IMG/VR virus record: IMGVR_UViG_3300008252_000138 | Span: 1-43,843 of that record | DNA from: a virus | Taxonomy: Duplodnaviria > Caudoviricetes | DNA: 43,843 nt | Reading direction: 5' to 3' (one strand) | In this document: piece after piece, positions 35,527 through 43,843 of the stretch | How positions within the stretch are numbered: the first letter of the stretch is position 1 | Layout: every line of letters begins with the position of its first letter | Notes under the pieces: model-generated | Seen by the model: the letters and a program-made list of their open reading frames with translations, nothing else | Databases searched by the model: none | What the model was told of the DNA's origin: nothing | Position numbers and translations under genes: made by a program

Positions 35527-36452
35527 ACGCCATCCACCAAGAGGATTACAGCGCGATCGGCACCCAGCACGAGCAGGTAACAGGCCGCATCAACGACATG
35601 CTGATCGAACTGCAAAACCACGCCTACGCCACCGGCGTAGAGCGCGGCAAAGAGCTGGCCAAGCAGGCAGCTATCGAGGCGGGCACTATCTCTCCGACGC
35701 TCTGCCAAACCATCCACCTCGGGCAACCCGGCGTCACCGTAGAACCCTGCTTGATGCTGGGGCCGGATGAAGAGGAGGTGGCCTGCCTGCTGTTCACCGC
35801 CCCCGGTACCGAAGTGCGCTTGACCTGGCAAACGCAGACCCAAGCGCTGGCCGCGCTGGCAGCAGCAACGACCGAGGCCTGCATTGAGGCAGACGCACCG
35901 CCGGTTACCTGCGAGTGCGGGGACAGCTACCCGCACAGCAGCCACGGCGCGGGATTCATCGAAGGCCGCGGCCATTGCGCGAACTGCGCCGCCGGATCCG
36001 GGGAAATGGCATCACTGCTGGGCGTGAGCCCTGCGCCAGTTAGGCGGGTGGAGCAGAACCATGACGCGATAGCGCTGGAGAAGGCGCGAAACATCATGCA
36101 GATCATGTATGGCGAAACGCCACGCGGCGGCTCTACTCAACTGCTCGCCATGGTTCAGGTGTGCGTCCTTGAAGCCATGAGCCATGTATGCACCCCACAA
36201 CACGCACCCACCGCCGTGCCACTCGCAGCCAAACACCAGGGCATGTGCATCAGCGCACAGGGCTTGCTTGCCCGCGTTCGCGGCCGCCTCCAGTTCGGCG
36301 CACGCGAGATGCTCAAGCACCTCGAAGAAATGGCCGACCGTTACTACGCCGGAGATATCTCTGTGGTGGATGAGTTCCTGCAACTGTACTGCCTGGACGA
36401 GAAGCGGCCGGAGCAGCGGGCAGCAGTCGAGAGCGGAGGAGGAGAGCGATGA
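35523..36452 (+). CDS. Mosaic hypothetical protein with a Cys-rich motif
   Basis: 309 aa; CECG...CANC. Confidence 0.65.
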   Translation: MNAIHQEDYSAIGTQHEQVTGRINDMLIELQNHAYATGVERGKELAKQAAIEAGTISPTLCQTIHLGQPGVTVEPCLMLGPDEEEVACLLFTAPGTEVRLTWQTQTQALAALAAATTEACIEADAPPVTCECGDSYPHSSHGAGFIEGRGHCANCAAGSGEMASLLGVSPAPVRRVEQNHDAIALEKARNIMQIMYGETPRGGSTQLLAMVQVCVLEAMSHVCTPQHAPTAVPLAAKHQGMCISAQGLLARVRGRLQFGAREMLKHLEEMADRYYAGDISVVDEFLQLYCLDEKRPEQRAAVESGGGER

Positions 36453-36718
36453 GAGACCTGATTCTGGATGCAGCTTTCGCAATCGGCGGATGCGTCATGC
36501 TGGCAGCGGGCATTGCCTTAGCGGCTGCAGCTGTAGGGCTTTCAACACTTTTGCTGCGAGCGGCCTGCACATTCTTCATCAAAGACGCGCTGCTCGAAAC
36601 CTACAACGTCGCATCGCTGCAGTATTACATGCGCGTAATGGTCGCCCTTGGCCGCAAGGGTCTGCTCAAGCACGTTGAGGAAGCGCGCAACGAGCAAAGC
36701 AAGGAGCAGAACCCATGA
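36449..36718 (+). CDS. Small membrane protein
   Basis: Hydrophobic N-terminal half, ATGA-coupled on both sides. Confidence 0.65.
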   Translation: MRDLILDAAFAIGGCVMLAAGIALAAAAVGLSTLLLRAACTFFIKDALLETYNVASLQYYMRVMVALGRKGLLKHVEEARNEQSKEQNP

Positions 36719-38541
36719 ACCTCCACACCCAATACCAACTCAACTACGCCAACGACCTGCGCATCGACCTGTTCGCAGGCGGCGGCGGGGCCAGCACCGG
36801 CACCGAAATGGCGACCGGCAAGCCGGTGGATATCGCCGTCAACCACAACGAGAACGCGATCAGCATGCACCGCGTCAATCACCCCTACACCCAGCACTTC
36901 ACGTGCGACGTGTACGAGGTGAAGCCGCACCAGGTAACCGGCGAGCGCCGTGTGGCACACCTGCACGCCTCGCCAGACTGCACCCACCACAGCCAGGCAG
37001 CGGGCGGGCAACCGCGCAGCACCGCAAGCCGCTCCCTGTCGTGGGTTATCGCCATGTGGGCAGGCCAGGCAGCACCCGCCATGATCACCATGGAAAACGT
37101 CAAGCAGATCCGCAACTGGGGGCCGCTGGTCGCCAAGCGCTGCAAGGCCACCGGGCGCGTTGTCACACTCGACCGTATCACCTGCCCCCGCACAAACAAG
37201 ACCATCAACCGCGTTGCCGACCCGGGCGAGCGGGTACCGGTGCAGAACCAGTTCCTGATCCCCGACCCGAAGCGCAAGGGCAAAACCTGGCAGGCCTTCC
37301 TCAAGCACTTGCGCGGGTTGGGGTACCAGGTAGAGCACCAGCTGCTGCGCGCCTGCGACTACGGCGCAGCCACCACCCGCGAGCGCCTGTTTCTGGTTGC
37401 CCGCCGCGACGGCCTGCCCATCTGCTGGCCCGAGCCAACCCACTTCGAGAAGCCCAAGCGCGGCCAGAAGCGCTGGCCAGCAGCAGCGGATCACATCGAC
37501 TTCAGCCTGCCTTGCCCGTCGATCTTTGACCGCCCACGCCCGCTGGCCGACGCCACCATGCGCCGCATCGCCAAAGGCATCCGCCGCTTTGTGCTCGATA
37601 GTGCGCAGCCCTTCATCGTGCCGATCGCCAACTGGAGCAGCGACAGGGTGCACCCCGTCGACGAGCCATTGCGCACTATCACCGGCCAACCCAAGGGCGG
37701 CGCGTTTGCGCTGACCTCTGCTGTCATCGCGCCGGCCACCCATCACGGCGCAGACCGGGTACAAGACGCTCGGCAGCCACTGCCAACCATCACCTGCGCC
37801 AACCGGGGCGAGCTCATGGTTGCAGCGCCAACACTGGTGCAAACCGGGTACGGCGAGCGCAAAGGCCAAGCGCCTCGCGCGCTGGATATCAGCAAGCCAC
37901 TCGGCACAGTCGTCGCGGGTGCAGCGAAGCATGCTCTGTCGTGCGCCTTCATGGCCCAAATGAACGGAGGCTACAACACCACCCCCGGCCACCCACTCAC
38001 CCGGCCAGCCAGCACCATCGTCGGCAAAGCCAGCCAGCAGCAACTGGTCACCGCTAACCTGGTCACCCTGCGCCGCAACTGCACCGGCCAACCAGCAGCA
38101 GCACCGCTGCCAGCCATCACCGCCGGCGCAGAGCATCACGCCCTGGTTGAATGCACCCTCTCCCCCGAGGTGATCGAGGAGAAAGCCCTGCGCGTTGCCG
38201 CGTTCCTCATGAGCTACTACGGCACCGATAACCTGTCAGCTGCTGACGCCCCGCTGCCCACAATCACCACAAAAGACCGGCTCGCGCTGGTAACCGTCGT
38301 GTACCAGGGCACACCCTACGTCATCATCGATATCGGCCTGCGCATGCTCCAGCCGCGCGAGCTGTATGGCTGCCAGGGCTTTCCCAGCAACTACGAGCAC
38401 GAACGCGGCCATGACGGGCGCATCTTCACAAAATCCGAACAGGTCAAGATGGTAGGCAACAGCGTCAGCCCCTACCCGCAGTGCGCAGTGGTGAAAGCCA
38501 ACGAGCACGACCAGCAGCTGGTGCAGGGGGTGGCGGCATGA
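36715..38541 (+). CDS. DNA cytosine-C5 methyltransferase (orphan)
   Basis: DLFAGGGG, SPDC, MENV, RERLF and GNSV motifs; repeated PLxTIT units in the variable region. Confidence 0.93.
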   Translation: MNLHTQYQLNYANDLRIDLFAGGGGASTGTEMATGKPVDIAVNHNENAISMHRVNHPYTQHFTCDVYEVKPHQVTGERRVAHLHASPDCTHHSQAAGGQPRSTASRSLSWVIAMWAGQAAPAMITMENVKQIRNWGPLVAKRCKATGRVVTLDRITCPRTNKTINRVADPGERVPVQNQFLIPDPKRKGKTWQAFLKHLRGLGYQVEHQLLRACDYGAATTRERLFLVARRDGLPICWPEPTHFEKPKRGQKRWPAAADHIDFSLPCPSIFDRPRPLADATMRRIAKGIRRFVLDSAQPFIVPIANWSSDRVHPVDEPLRTITGQPKGGAFALTSAVIAPATHHGADRVQDARQPLPTITCANRGELMVAAPTLVQTGYGERKGQAPRALDISKPLGTVVAGAAKHALSCAFMAQMNGGYNTTPGHPLTRPASTIVGKASQQQLVTANLVTLRRNCTGQPAAAPLPAITAGAEHHALVECTLSPEVIEEKALRVAAFLMSYYGTDNLSAADAPLPTITTKDRLALVTVVYQGTPYVIIDIGLRMLQPRELYGCQGFPSNYEHERGHDGRIFTKSEQVKMVGNSVSPYPQCAVVKANEHDQQLVQGVAA

Positions 38542-38903
38542 CCAAAGCCCAAGCACTACCCGCCGTGACACTCACCATCCGCTGGCAAGACCTGTTGCCA
38601 GCCAGCACCACCGCCGCCCTGCGCCGCCAGCGCTGGGCTCATTGGCTAAGACTGAGCCGCACAGCCGGCCACAACGGCACCGCGCGGTTCTGGACCACCC
38701 CAGACGCGCCATGCACCACCTGCAGCCACCGGCGTGGCGGCTGGTGCCGCGCACAGGGCCTGCCGTGCAACTTCAACCCCATCAGCACCCCGCGCTGCGG
38801 TCTGCAGGGCTTGGCCTGCTGGGGCGCTGGCTATACCGCCAGAGCGCTCGAGCAACTGCCTCTGATCGCAACGGCCAGCACGGCAAGGGAGGCGTCAGCA
38901 TGA
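38538..38903 (+). CDS. Cys-rich hypothetical protein
   Basis: CTTCSH..WC...PC...C...C; ATGA-coupled. Confidence 0.6.
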   Translation: MTKAQALPAVTLTIRWQDLLPASTTAALRRQRWAHWLRLSRTAGHNGTARFWTTPDAPCTTCSHRRGGWCRAQGLPCNFNPISTPRCGLQGLACWGAGYTARALEQLPLIATASTAREASA

Positions 38904-39208
38904 CTTGCCACCTACACCGCTGCACCAACCTGCCAGAGCCTGACTACATCGAGCGCGGCACACGCCCGAAAAAGCCCACTCGCTGGCGTGTGAACTACCT
39001 CATCAAAACACCGGACGGGGCAACACACATTGAAAACACCACAGTCACCCAGCCCATCACCATCCCCGAGCTGCTGGCAGTAATGGACAAGATGATCGAG
39101 CGGCTGGGCGATGAGGTGGGCAACGTAGCAACGCAGGTCACGTGGGACGCGTTCTCGCGGGGCGGGCACAGCAAGAAAAGAAAGGGAAAGGGGAGGGCCT
39201 CAGCATGA
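38900..39208 (+). CDS. Hypothetical protein
   Basis: ATG at 38900 with GGAGG SD, coupled. Confidence 0.65.
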   Translation: MTCHLHRCTNLPEPDYIERGTRPKKPTRWRVNYLIKTPDGATHIENTTVTQPITIPELLAVMDKMIERLGDEVGNVATQVTWDAFSRGGHSKKRKGKGRASA

Positions 39209-39411
39209 GCGCCGCCAAGGTACTAGAATTTGAGGAGCTGCAGCGGATCACCGGCTACACGCGGCGGGCCGACGTGGAGAAGTCGCTACGCCGGCAGGGC
39301 ATCAAAACCTTCGTTGGCCGCAACGGGCCATGGACGACCATCGATCTGGTCAACCAGGCAGGCGGGCTACGCCCAGCGGATAACGACAACTACGGACCAG
39401 ACATCGTATGA
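39205..39411 (+). CDS. DUF4224-like small DNA-binding protein, probable excisionase/RDF
   Basis: LEFEELQRITGYTR....L..QGI; coupled directly to the integrase. Confidence 0.75.
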   Translation: MSAAKVLEFEELQRITGYTRRADVEKSLRRQGIKTFVGRNGPWTTIDLVNQAGGLRPADNDNYGPDIV

Positions 39412-40553
39412 GACGCGGCCGCAAGCGGAAGCACAACCCGCTCATTCCCAAGCACATCGATCAGAGCGCCCTGCCAAAGGACGTCTACTTTGATCACCGC
39501 GGAGAGGGCCGCTGGTACCGGCTGGCCTTCAACGAGGCGGGCCGACGCACCCGCCAGAACCTGTGCAGCGCCAAGGTCACCCTGGCCGAGCTGCACAAGT
39601 TGATCGAGGAGCTGGACGGCCACGACACCGCCAGCCTTGATTACCTGTTCGAGCAGTTCCACGCCAGCCCGCAGCTTAAGCGCCTGTCCACCAAGACGCA
39701 GGAAGACTACGCCTACTGCCGCGAGATCCTGTCCAACCTACCAACCAAGCTGGACATGCCGCTTGGCCAGCTGGCCGCCCGCAAGTTCACCGCCCCGATG
39801 ATCCAGCGCATCATCGATAAGCTGGCAGAGTCAGGCCCTTCAAAGGCAGCGCACTGCCTGCGCTACCTGCGCCGCGTCATGCAGTGGGGCCGCAACCGCG
39901 GCTATATGGACGACAACCCAGCCAAGGGTCTGGAGTCACCGCAGGAACGCAAGCAACGCCGGCTGCCAGATACCGCAGTGATGAACGCCCTGATCCAGCG
40001 CGCCCAGCAGCGTGGCCAGCTGAAGCGCGGCCAAGCTGGGGCCTGCTCGCCATACCTCTGGATTGCTATGGAGCTCAGCTACCTCTGCCGGCTGCGCCTG
40101 ATCGAAACCATCACCCTGACCGACGCCAACGAACGCCCCGAAGGCATCCTCACCAACCGCCGCAAGGGTAGCCGCGACAACATCGTAGGCTGGACACCGC
40201 GCCTGCGAGCGGCATGGAATGCAGCCAAAGCGCTGCGGGCTGACACCTGGGAAAAGAGAAAGACCGCCGTGAACCTGCAGCCAGCACGCCGCCCGATCAT
40301 CGTCGGCACGAGCGGCCGCGCCCTGACCAAGTCCGGGCTGGATACCGCATGGCAGCGATTCATCACGTCAGCGCTGAAGGATGGCGTGCTGACACCGGAG
40401 CAACGCTTCGGTATGCACGATCTAAAAAGGAAAGGAATCACAGACACGAAGGGCACCCGGGCAGACAAGCAGCAGGCCAGCGGGCACAAGGATGAAGCGA
40501 TGATGGATGTTTACGACTTGAGTGTGCCGACGGTTAAGCCGTCGGCAGATTGA
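39408..40553 (+). CDS. int: Tyrosine integrase
   Basis: LCRLR..E, RKGS, HDLKRK, SGH and C-terminal VY catalytic residues; NPAKG. Confidence 0.93.
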   Translation: MRRGRKRKHNPLIPKHIDQSALPKDVYFDHRGEGRWYRLAFNEAGRRTRQNLCSAKVTLAELHKLIEELDGHDTASLDYLFEQFHASPQLKRLSTKTQEDYAYCREILSNLPTKLDMPLGQLAARKFTAPMIQRIIDKLAESGPSKAAHCLRYLRRVMQWGRNRGYMDDNPAKGLESPQERKQRRLPDTAVMNALIQRAQQRGQLKRGQAGACSPYLWIAMELSYLCRLRLIETITLTDANERPEGILTNRRKGSRDNIVGWTPRLRAAWNAAKALRADTWEKRKTAVNLQPARRPIIVGTSGRALTKSGLDTAWQRFITSALKDGVLTPEQRFGMHDLKRKGITDTKGTRADKQQASGHKDEAMMDVYDLSVPTVKPSAD

Positions 40554-40574
40554 ATGTGAAAGACGCGGCCATGC

Positions 40575-41471
40575 TCAGGCCTCCCCTGCCTGATTGATCT
40601 TCTCAAGCAAGCTCAAAGCAGAAACCATGCCCTCTGACGGCTCCTCAATATCAGAATAGTAGTCATCCAGAGCAGATCTGAAGGAGCGACGCAGGAGCGC
40701 GCCATCCTGGATGGCGATGACATGCCCCATTCGATAGTCCCCATCGTTCACCAATTGATGGCCGGGGGCTGGAATGTTTATGAACCCCATGAAGGTTCCA
40801 AGAATCCCGACAGACACACCAAGACTGTCCGGGCTCGGCGTCAAAATTACCGTGGATTCTTTCCGCTGGGATGTCATGAGCCAAAACACCCTGTGAGCCT
40901 CATCCTCTACAGGCTGCCAGCGCTCCCAAAGCCGCACATTGGGATTAATGGTCTCAAGATCATCAGCCATCATGATTAACCTGGCTTGCTCATGATCAAC
41001 TTGCTGCCGAAAGGCCTCACCGTATGTGAAGTAGCCGGCACTCAACGCAACCTTCGCAACGAACCGGATAGAATCATCAAGACCAATGCGAATTCCTCCG
41101 ACTTTTACCTCCTTCCCCCCGAACTCTCCTCTATCCAACACCCTCCTATCACGAGCATCGAAGACGCTTAGCCCATCCTGGCCAAACGAGACTTGCACCG
41201 GCCTGCCATCCAGCTCGGAGCGCTTTGCACGAGGCAACGGCGGCTGGCCACTGTACCCCCGAGAGTCTGCGTCACGACGATCAAATAGCACCAGAAAGTC
41301 ATTAGCTACAGCGCCATCGAGCTTGGCAGCAACGGTGTTATTGAGCACCCTGTCGGCCGGAACCGTAAACCCGTTGTGACCACCGAGCGAGAGAGGAATG
41401 ACGTGCTCCACACTCAAGTCGCTGCTCAAACCATCCTTATAGATGCAATAACCTTTACTAGGCGCGCTCAA
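40575..41471 (-). CDS. HNH-type endonuclease with degenerate Zn ligands, candidate defence cargo
   Basis: CIY...EHVIPLSLGG...LNN; AAGGAGG SD favours TTG at 41471 over GTG at 41477; lower GC. Confidence 0.7.
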   Translation of the reverse strand: MSAPSKGYCIYKDGLSSDLSVEHVIPLSLGGHNGFTVPADRVLNNTVAAKLDGAVANDFLVLFDRRDADSRGYSGQPPLPRAKRSELDGRPVQVSFGQDGLSVFDARDRRVLDRGEFGGKEVKVGGIRIGLDDSIRFVAKVALSAGYFTYGEAFRQQVDHEQARLIMMADDLETINPNVRLWERWQPVEDEAHRVFWLMTSQRKESTVILTPSPDSLGVSVGILGTFMGFINIPAPGHQLVNDGDYRMGHVIAIQDGALLRRSFRSALDDYYSDIEEPSEGMVSALSLLEKINQAGEA

Positions 41472-41570
41472 TACCACCTCCTTGTTCAGTCACAAATCCA
41501 ACTCGTTTCACACCATTTGTCGAGCATGCCACTAAAGCCCGCTCTACGCACACAGGTCGGACCGCTAAGG

Positions 41571-41830
41571 CGATCATCCTCGGCACCAGTGGCCGCGCCC
41601 TGACCAAGCCCGGACTGGATACCACCTGACAGCGATTCATCACATCAGCGCTGAAGGATGGCGTGCTGACACCGGAGCAACGCTTCGGCATGCACGATCT
41701 GAAAAGGAAGGGGATCACAGACACGAAGGGCACCCGGGCAGACAAGCAGCAGGCCAGCAGGCACAAGGATGAAGCGGTGATGGATGTGTACGACTTGAGT
41801 GTGCCGACGGTTAAGCCGTCGGCTGATTAG
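41571..41830 (+). pseudogene. Duplicated 3' end of the integrase (direct repeat of 40294-40553)
   Basis: 260-bp ungapped copy with about 19 mismatches by hand count; TGG>TGA stop at 41627-41629. Confidence 0.92.
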
Positions 41831-42431
41831 CGGCGTCTCTATCTTTTATAACGCCAGCCACAAACTTCTGGCCCTGGAAGACCTCCCAGAAGAACGACTT
41901 CAAATCTTCCTTATCAAGTTTGTTCAACTTTCGGTGCACACAAACATCAGCATGTGAGTCTGCATCGTCCAGAGGTGTCGCGTAAACACTCAGCGTCCGC
42001 AGCCCCACGTCGTCTCCATCTGCCTCAGTTCGAGCCTTACGAAGCTCACTTGCCTCGCATGTAACAAAACCAAGGTATGTCCGCTTGCGAGGGCCTTCGC
42101 GCATGGCCCGCTTCGTACCAAATTCGTCAATCTCAGCACGGGTCGTCATACCAACCCGACGAACAGAGAGGCCCTTGTTGAAGGCATCTCCGAACGCGGC
42201 CGGCGTACAAGCTAACGACATCCGTATATCTGGGTCTTCGAGATCAACTTGAGTGGGATCTTCAATCAACCGAGCAAGGCTCTCTGGCCCAGCCACCGGT
42301 TCAATCCCGTCCGACTCCGTCGGCAGCGCCTCCGCAGTCTCAATATCTTCATCAGACAAACCAAGTGCGGCGAGCTCCTTGCACTTGTCCTTGTGATCAC
42401 TGGTGACTATTGGTCTGACACGGTGTGGCAT
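41811..42431 (-). CDS. Putative ADP-ribosyltransferase-fold toxin/effector
   Basis: ESLARLI..P, AF...GLSV and SHADV pattern (R...S...H); third gene of the operon. Confidence 0.5.
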   Translation of the reverse strand: MPHRVRPIVTSDHKDKCKELAALGLSDEDIETAEALPTESDGIEPVAGPESLARLIEDPTQVDLEDPDIRMSLACTPAAFGDAFNKGLSVRRVGMTTRAEIDEFGTKRAMREGPRKRTYLGFVTCEASELRKARTEADGDDVGLRTLSVYATPLDDADSHADVCVHRKLNKLDKEDLKSFFWEVFQGQKFVAGVIKDRDAANQPTA

Positions 42432-42443
42432 TTGCTGGCTTAA

Positions 42444-43067
42444 TTACAGAGACTCAATAAAGGCCCAAGCTTGCTCAAGGTCCGCCGGCTGGTGCAGGTT
42501 CGCCTCAAAAAGCTTCTTCTGTCCAGTTTCTCGATTGCGATATACGCACGCTAGTTCGTGATCGTCATAGAACGAAACAGAGAAATATGCACGACCGGTA
42601 TCCCAGAACAGACCCGGAATCCCCTCCTCGTCGAGCATCGGACTCACGTCCGGGCAGCTCTCCACAATAGAACAGAGCATATAAAGGAACGCGGACGCCG
42701 CATTCAGGCGCTCATCAGTAGGCGCCAACGCATCCTCACCGTCCCAACCGTCGACTAGGGTCCGATAATGATCCAAGGCAGCAGACGCACGCACGCAGTA
42801 CTCACGGGAGACCAACTCACCTTCAGACAAGGCGCAAGCGGTCTCAATAGTAGGTGCAACAACACGCACCTCAAACAGCGCCTGCATGAGTGAGTCCAAG
42901 CTGGATTCGGCAGTTTCTACAGCAGGCGCGCGGTACTGGCCAGCATCCCGAAAACCCAAAAAGGAATGCTTCAGTCCGGCCTTCAGTACCTTCTTGAAAC
43001 GAGCGCTTACCTCGGCGGTGGAAACCTCCGGCTCTCGAATGACTTGCGGCAGAGCATACATGGTCAT
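42444..43067 (-). CDS. Hypothetical protein, candidate antitoxin partner
   Basis: L.DGWDGEDALAP...P.VSPMLDEEG..L.W motif; TAATG-coupled to the upstream gene. Confidence 0.65.
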   Translation of the reverse strand: MTMYALPQVIREPEVSTAEVSARFKKVLKAGLKHSFLGFRDAGQYRAPAVETAESSLDSLMQALFEVRVVAPTIETACALSEGELVSREYCVRASAALDHYRTLVDGWDGEDALAPTDERLNAASAFLYMLCSIVESCPDVSPMLDEEGIPGLFWDTGRAYFSVSFYDDHELACVYRNRETGQKKLFEANLHQPADLEQAWAFIESL

Positions 43068-43843
43068 TAACTCCCTGTTCTCAACCCGATAGCTTCAAGC
43101 ATTTTTTCTGACAAGATATCCGTAATATGGGTTTTGTGCACAGCTTTCAGACTACGAACCAAGGGTTCTAGTTCGTCACCAGGCGCAAGCGCAACGCCAT
43201 GAGTCAGGGTGATATCCACCTGACTAAAATAGGTCCCATCGAACGAATCCGCCATTCTCACGTGGTTAATCTTGCCTAGATTCAGCGAATCGCGACCAGC
43301 CAGCTCATCAAAGAACCCGTAGTGAGAGTGCCAGTACTTAGACTTCTTAATGGCTCCCATCGACAACAGCTCAGACCGGTTGCTGAACAGCTCCTCTGGA
43401 TCCCAATGTATGTCAGGTGACGTGAACTCGTCTCGGTACTCCAAAGTCAGCTTTTCTGCTTGCGCCCCGCTAGAACCAAATGCCTTGCAACCGATATCCA
43501 GAAAATACTTAGCCTCAGCCCAGAACGAGTTGAAGTCCGTGTATTCATTAGTGCAGAAAACAGCCCGATTACCCGCGACCTCAAACCATTTTGCCTCAGT
43601 ACCATCAGGCTTTCTGATGAAGTAGTGGTATCCAGACTCTTCCTCGTGAACCCGGTCTGAGCTTTCCAGACCAGGAAACGGAATATTGAGACTGCGGATT
43701 ACGCGACGCATGTTGAGCTTGGTCCGGAACCGCTTTGCCTCATCTCTAACAAGAGAGAGACCTTCAGCTCCTACCTCACTAGGGAATTCGAGCACCAAGG
43801 CTACAGCCTTAATAGAGTGCACATCATTAAGAGGCGTGATCAC
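43067..43843 (-). CDS. TIGR04255-like protein; start is at the window edge
   Basis: I..V.L.LEF, V.GN..VF.T.EY..F..F, LTLEYRDEF, DI and L...H..H...I.DILSE..L..IG pattern. Confidence 0.7.
   Translation of the reverse strand: MITPLNDVHSIKAVALVLEFPSEVGAEGLSLVRDEAKRFRTKLNMRRVIRSLNIPFPGLESSDRVHEEESGYHYFIRKPDGTEAKWFEVAGNRAVFCTNEYTDFNSFWAEAKYFLDIGCKAFGSSGAQAEKLTLEYRDEFTSPDIHWDPEELFSNRSELLSMGAIKKSKYWHSHYGFFDELAGRDSLNLGKINHVRMADSFDGTYFSQVDITLTHGVALAPGDELEPLVRSLKAVHKTHITDILSEKMLEAIGLRTGS

Larger units (their letters stand above)
532..43843. mobile_element. Temperate siphovirus-type prophage with lambda-like cos packaging; right boundary not seen in window
   Basis: Lysis, tail, head, packaging, replication, immunity and integrase modules all present; att fragment at left end. 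Confidence 0.95.

Noticed and set aside
31590-39411. Many early proteins ending in EAA/SA/AA as a shared protein signal
   Set aside because: Explained by the GGAGGNNGC-ATGA SD and start-stop overlap used for translational coupling
41458-41766. Paralogous minus-strand ORFs 41458-41766 and 40079-40489
   Set aside because: Antisense translations of the duplicated integrase 3' end

Overview
Nearly the whole window (about 532 to the right edge) is a GC-rich, Pseudomonadaceae-like temperate prophage with a lambda-type head and a non-contractile tail. It is integrated at the 3' end of a tRNA-Thr(TGT); the att fragment is at 532-579, and the other att site is not in the window. Gene order, left to right: a LexA-boxed small gene and a candidate type I toxin locus; the minus-strand late operon (spanins and amidase endolysin, tail tip and receptor-binding protein, tape measure, a DUF4124 moron, major tail, head-tail connectors, gpE/gpD/gpC/portal/gpW, terminase, cosN/cosQ, holin); a Q-like regulator; an iteron origin; a split primase/helicase; a frameshifted TraR; CII/Cro/CI immunity; the plus-strand early operon (antirepressor, PrtN-like, DUF2303, HD hydrolase, C5 methyltransferase, DUF4224, integrase); and convergent cargo (HNH nuclease, duplicated integrase 3' end, TIGR04255-like/unknown/ART-like three-gene operon). 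The most notable observations are: (1) a hairpin array between cro and cII that folds on the antisense strand, with loops complementary to the translation-initiation regions of three early genes; (2) an unannotated 33-aa TisB/DinQ-like peptide behind a structured leader with a sequestered SD; (3) a candidate tripartite ART-toxin defence operon in an integrase-3'-end cassette hotspot. All family calls come from motif recognition by eye; no database searches were run.
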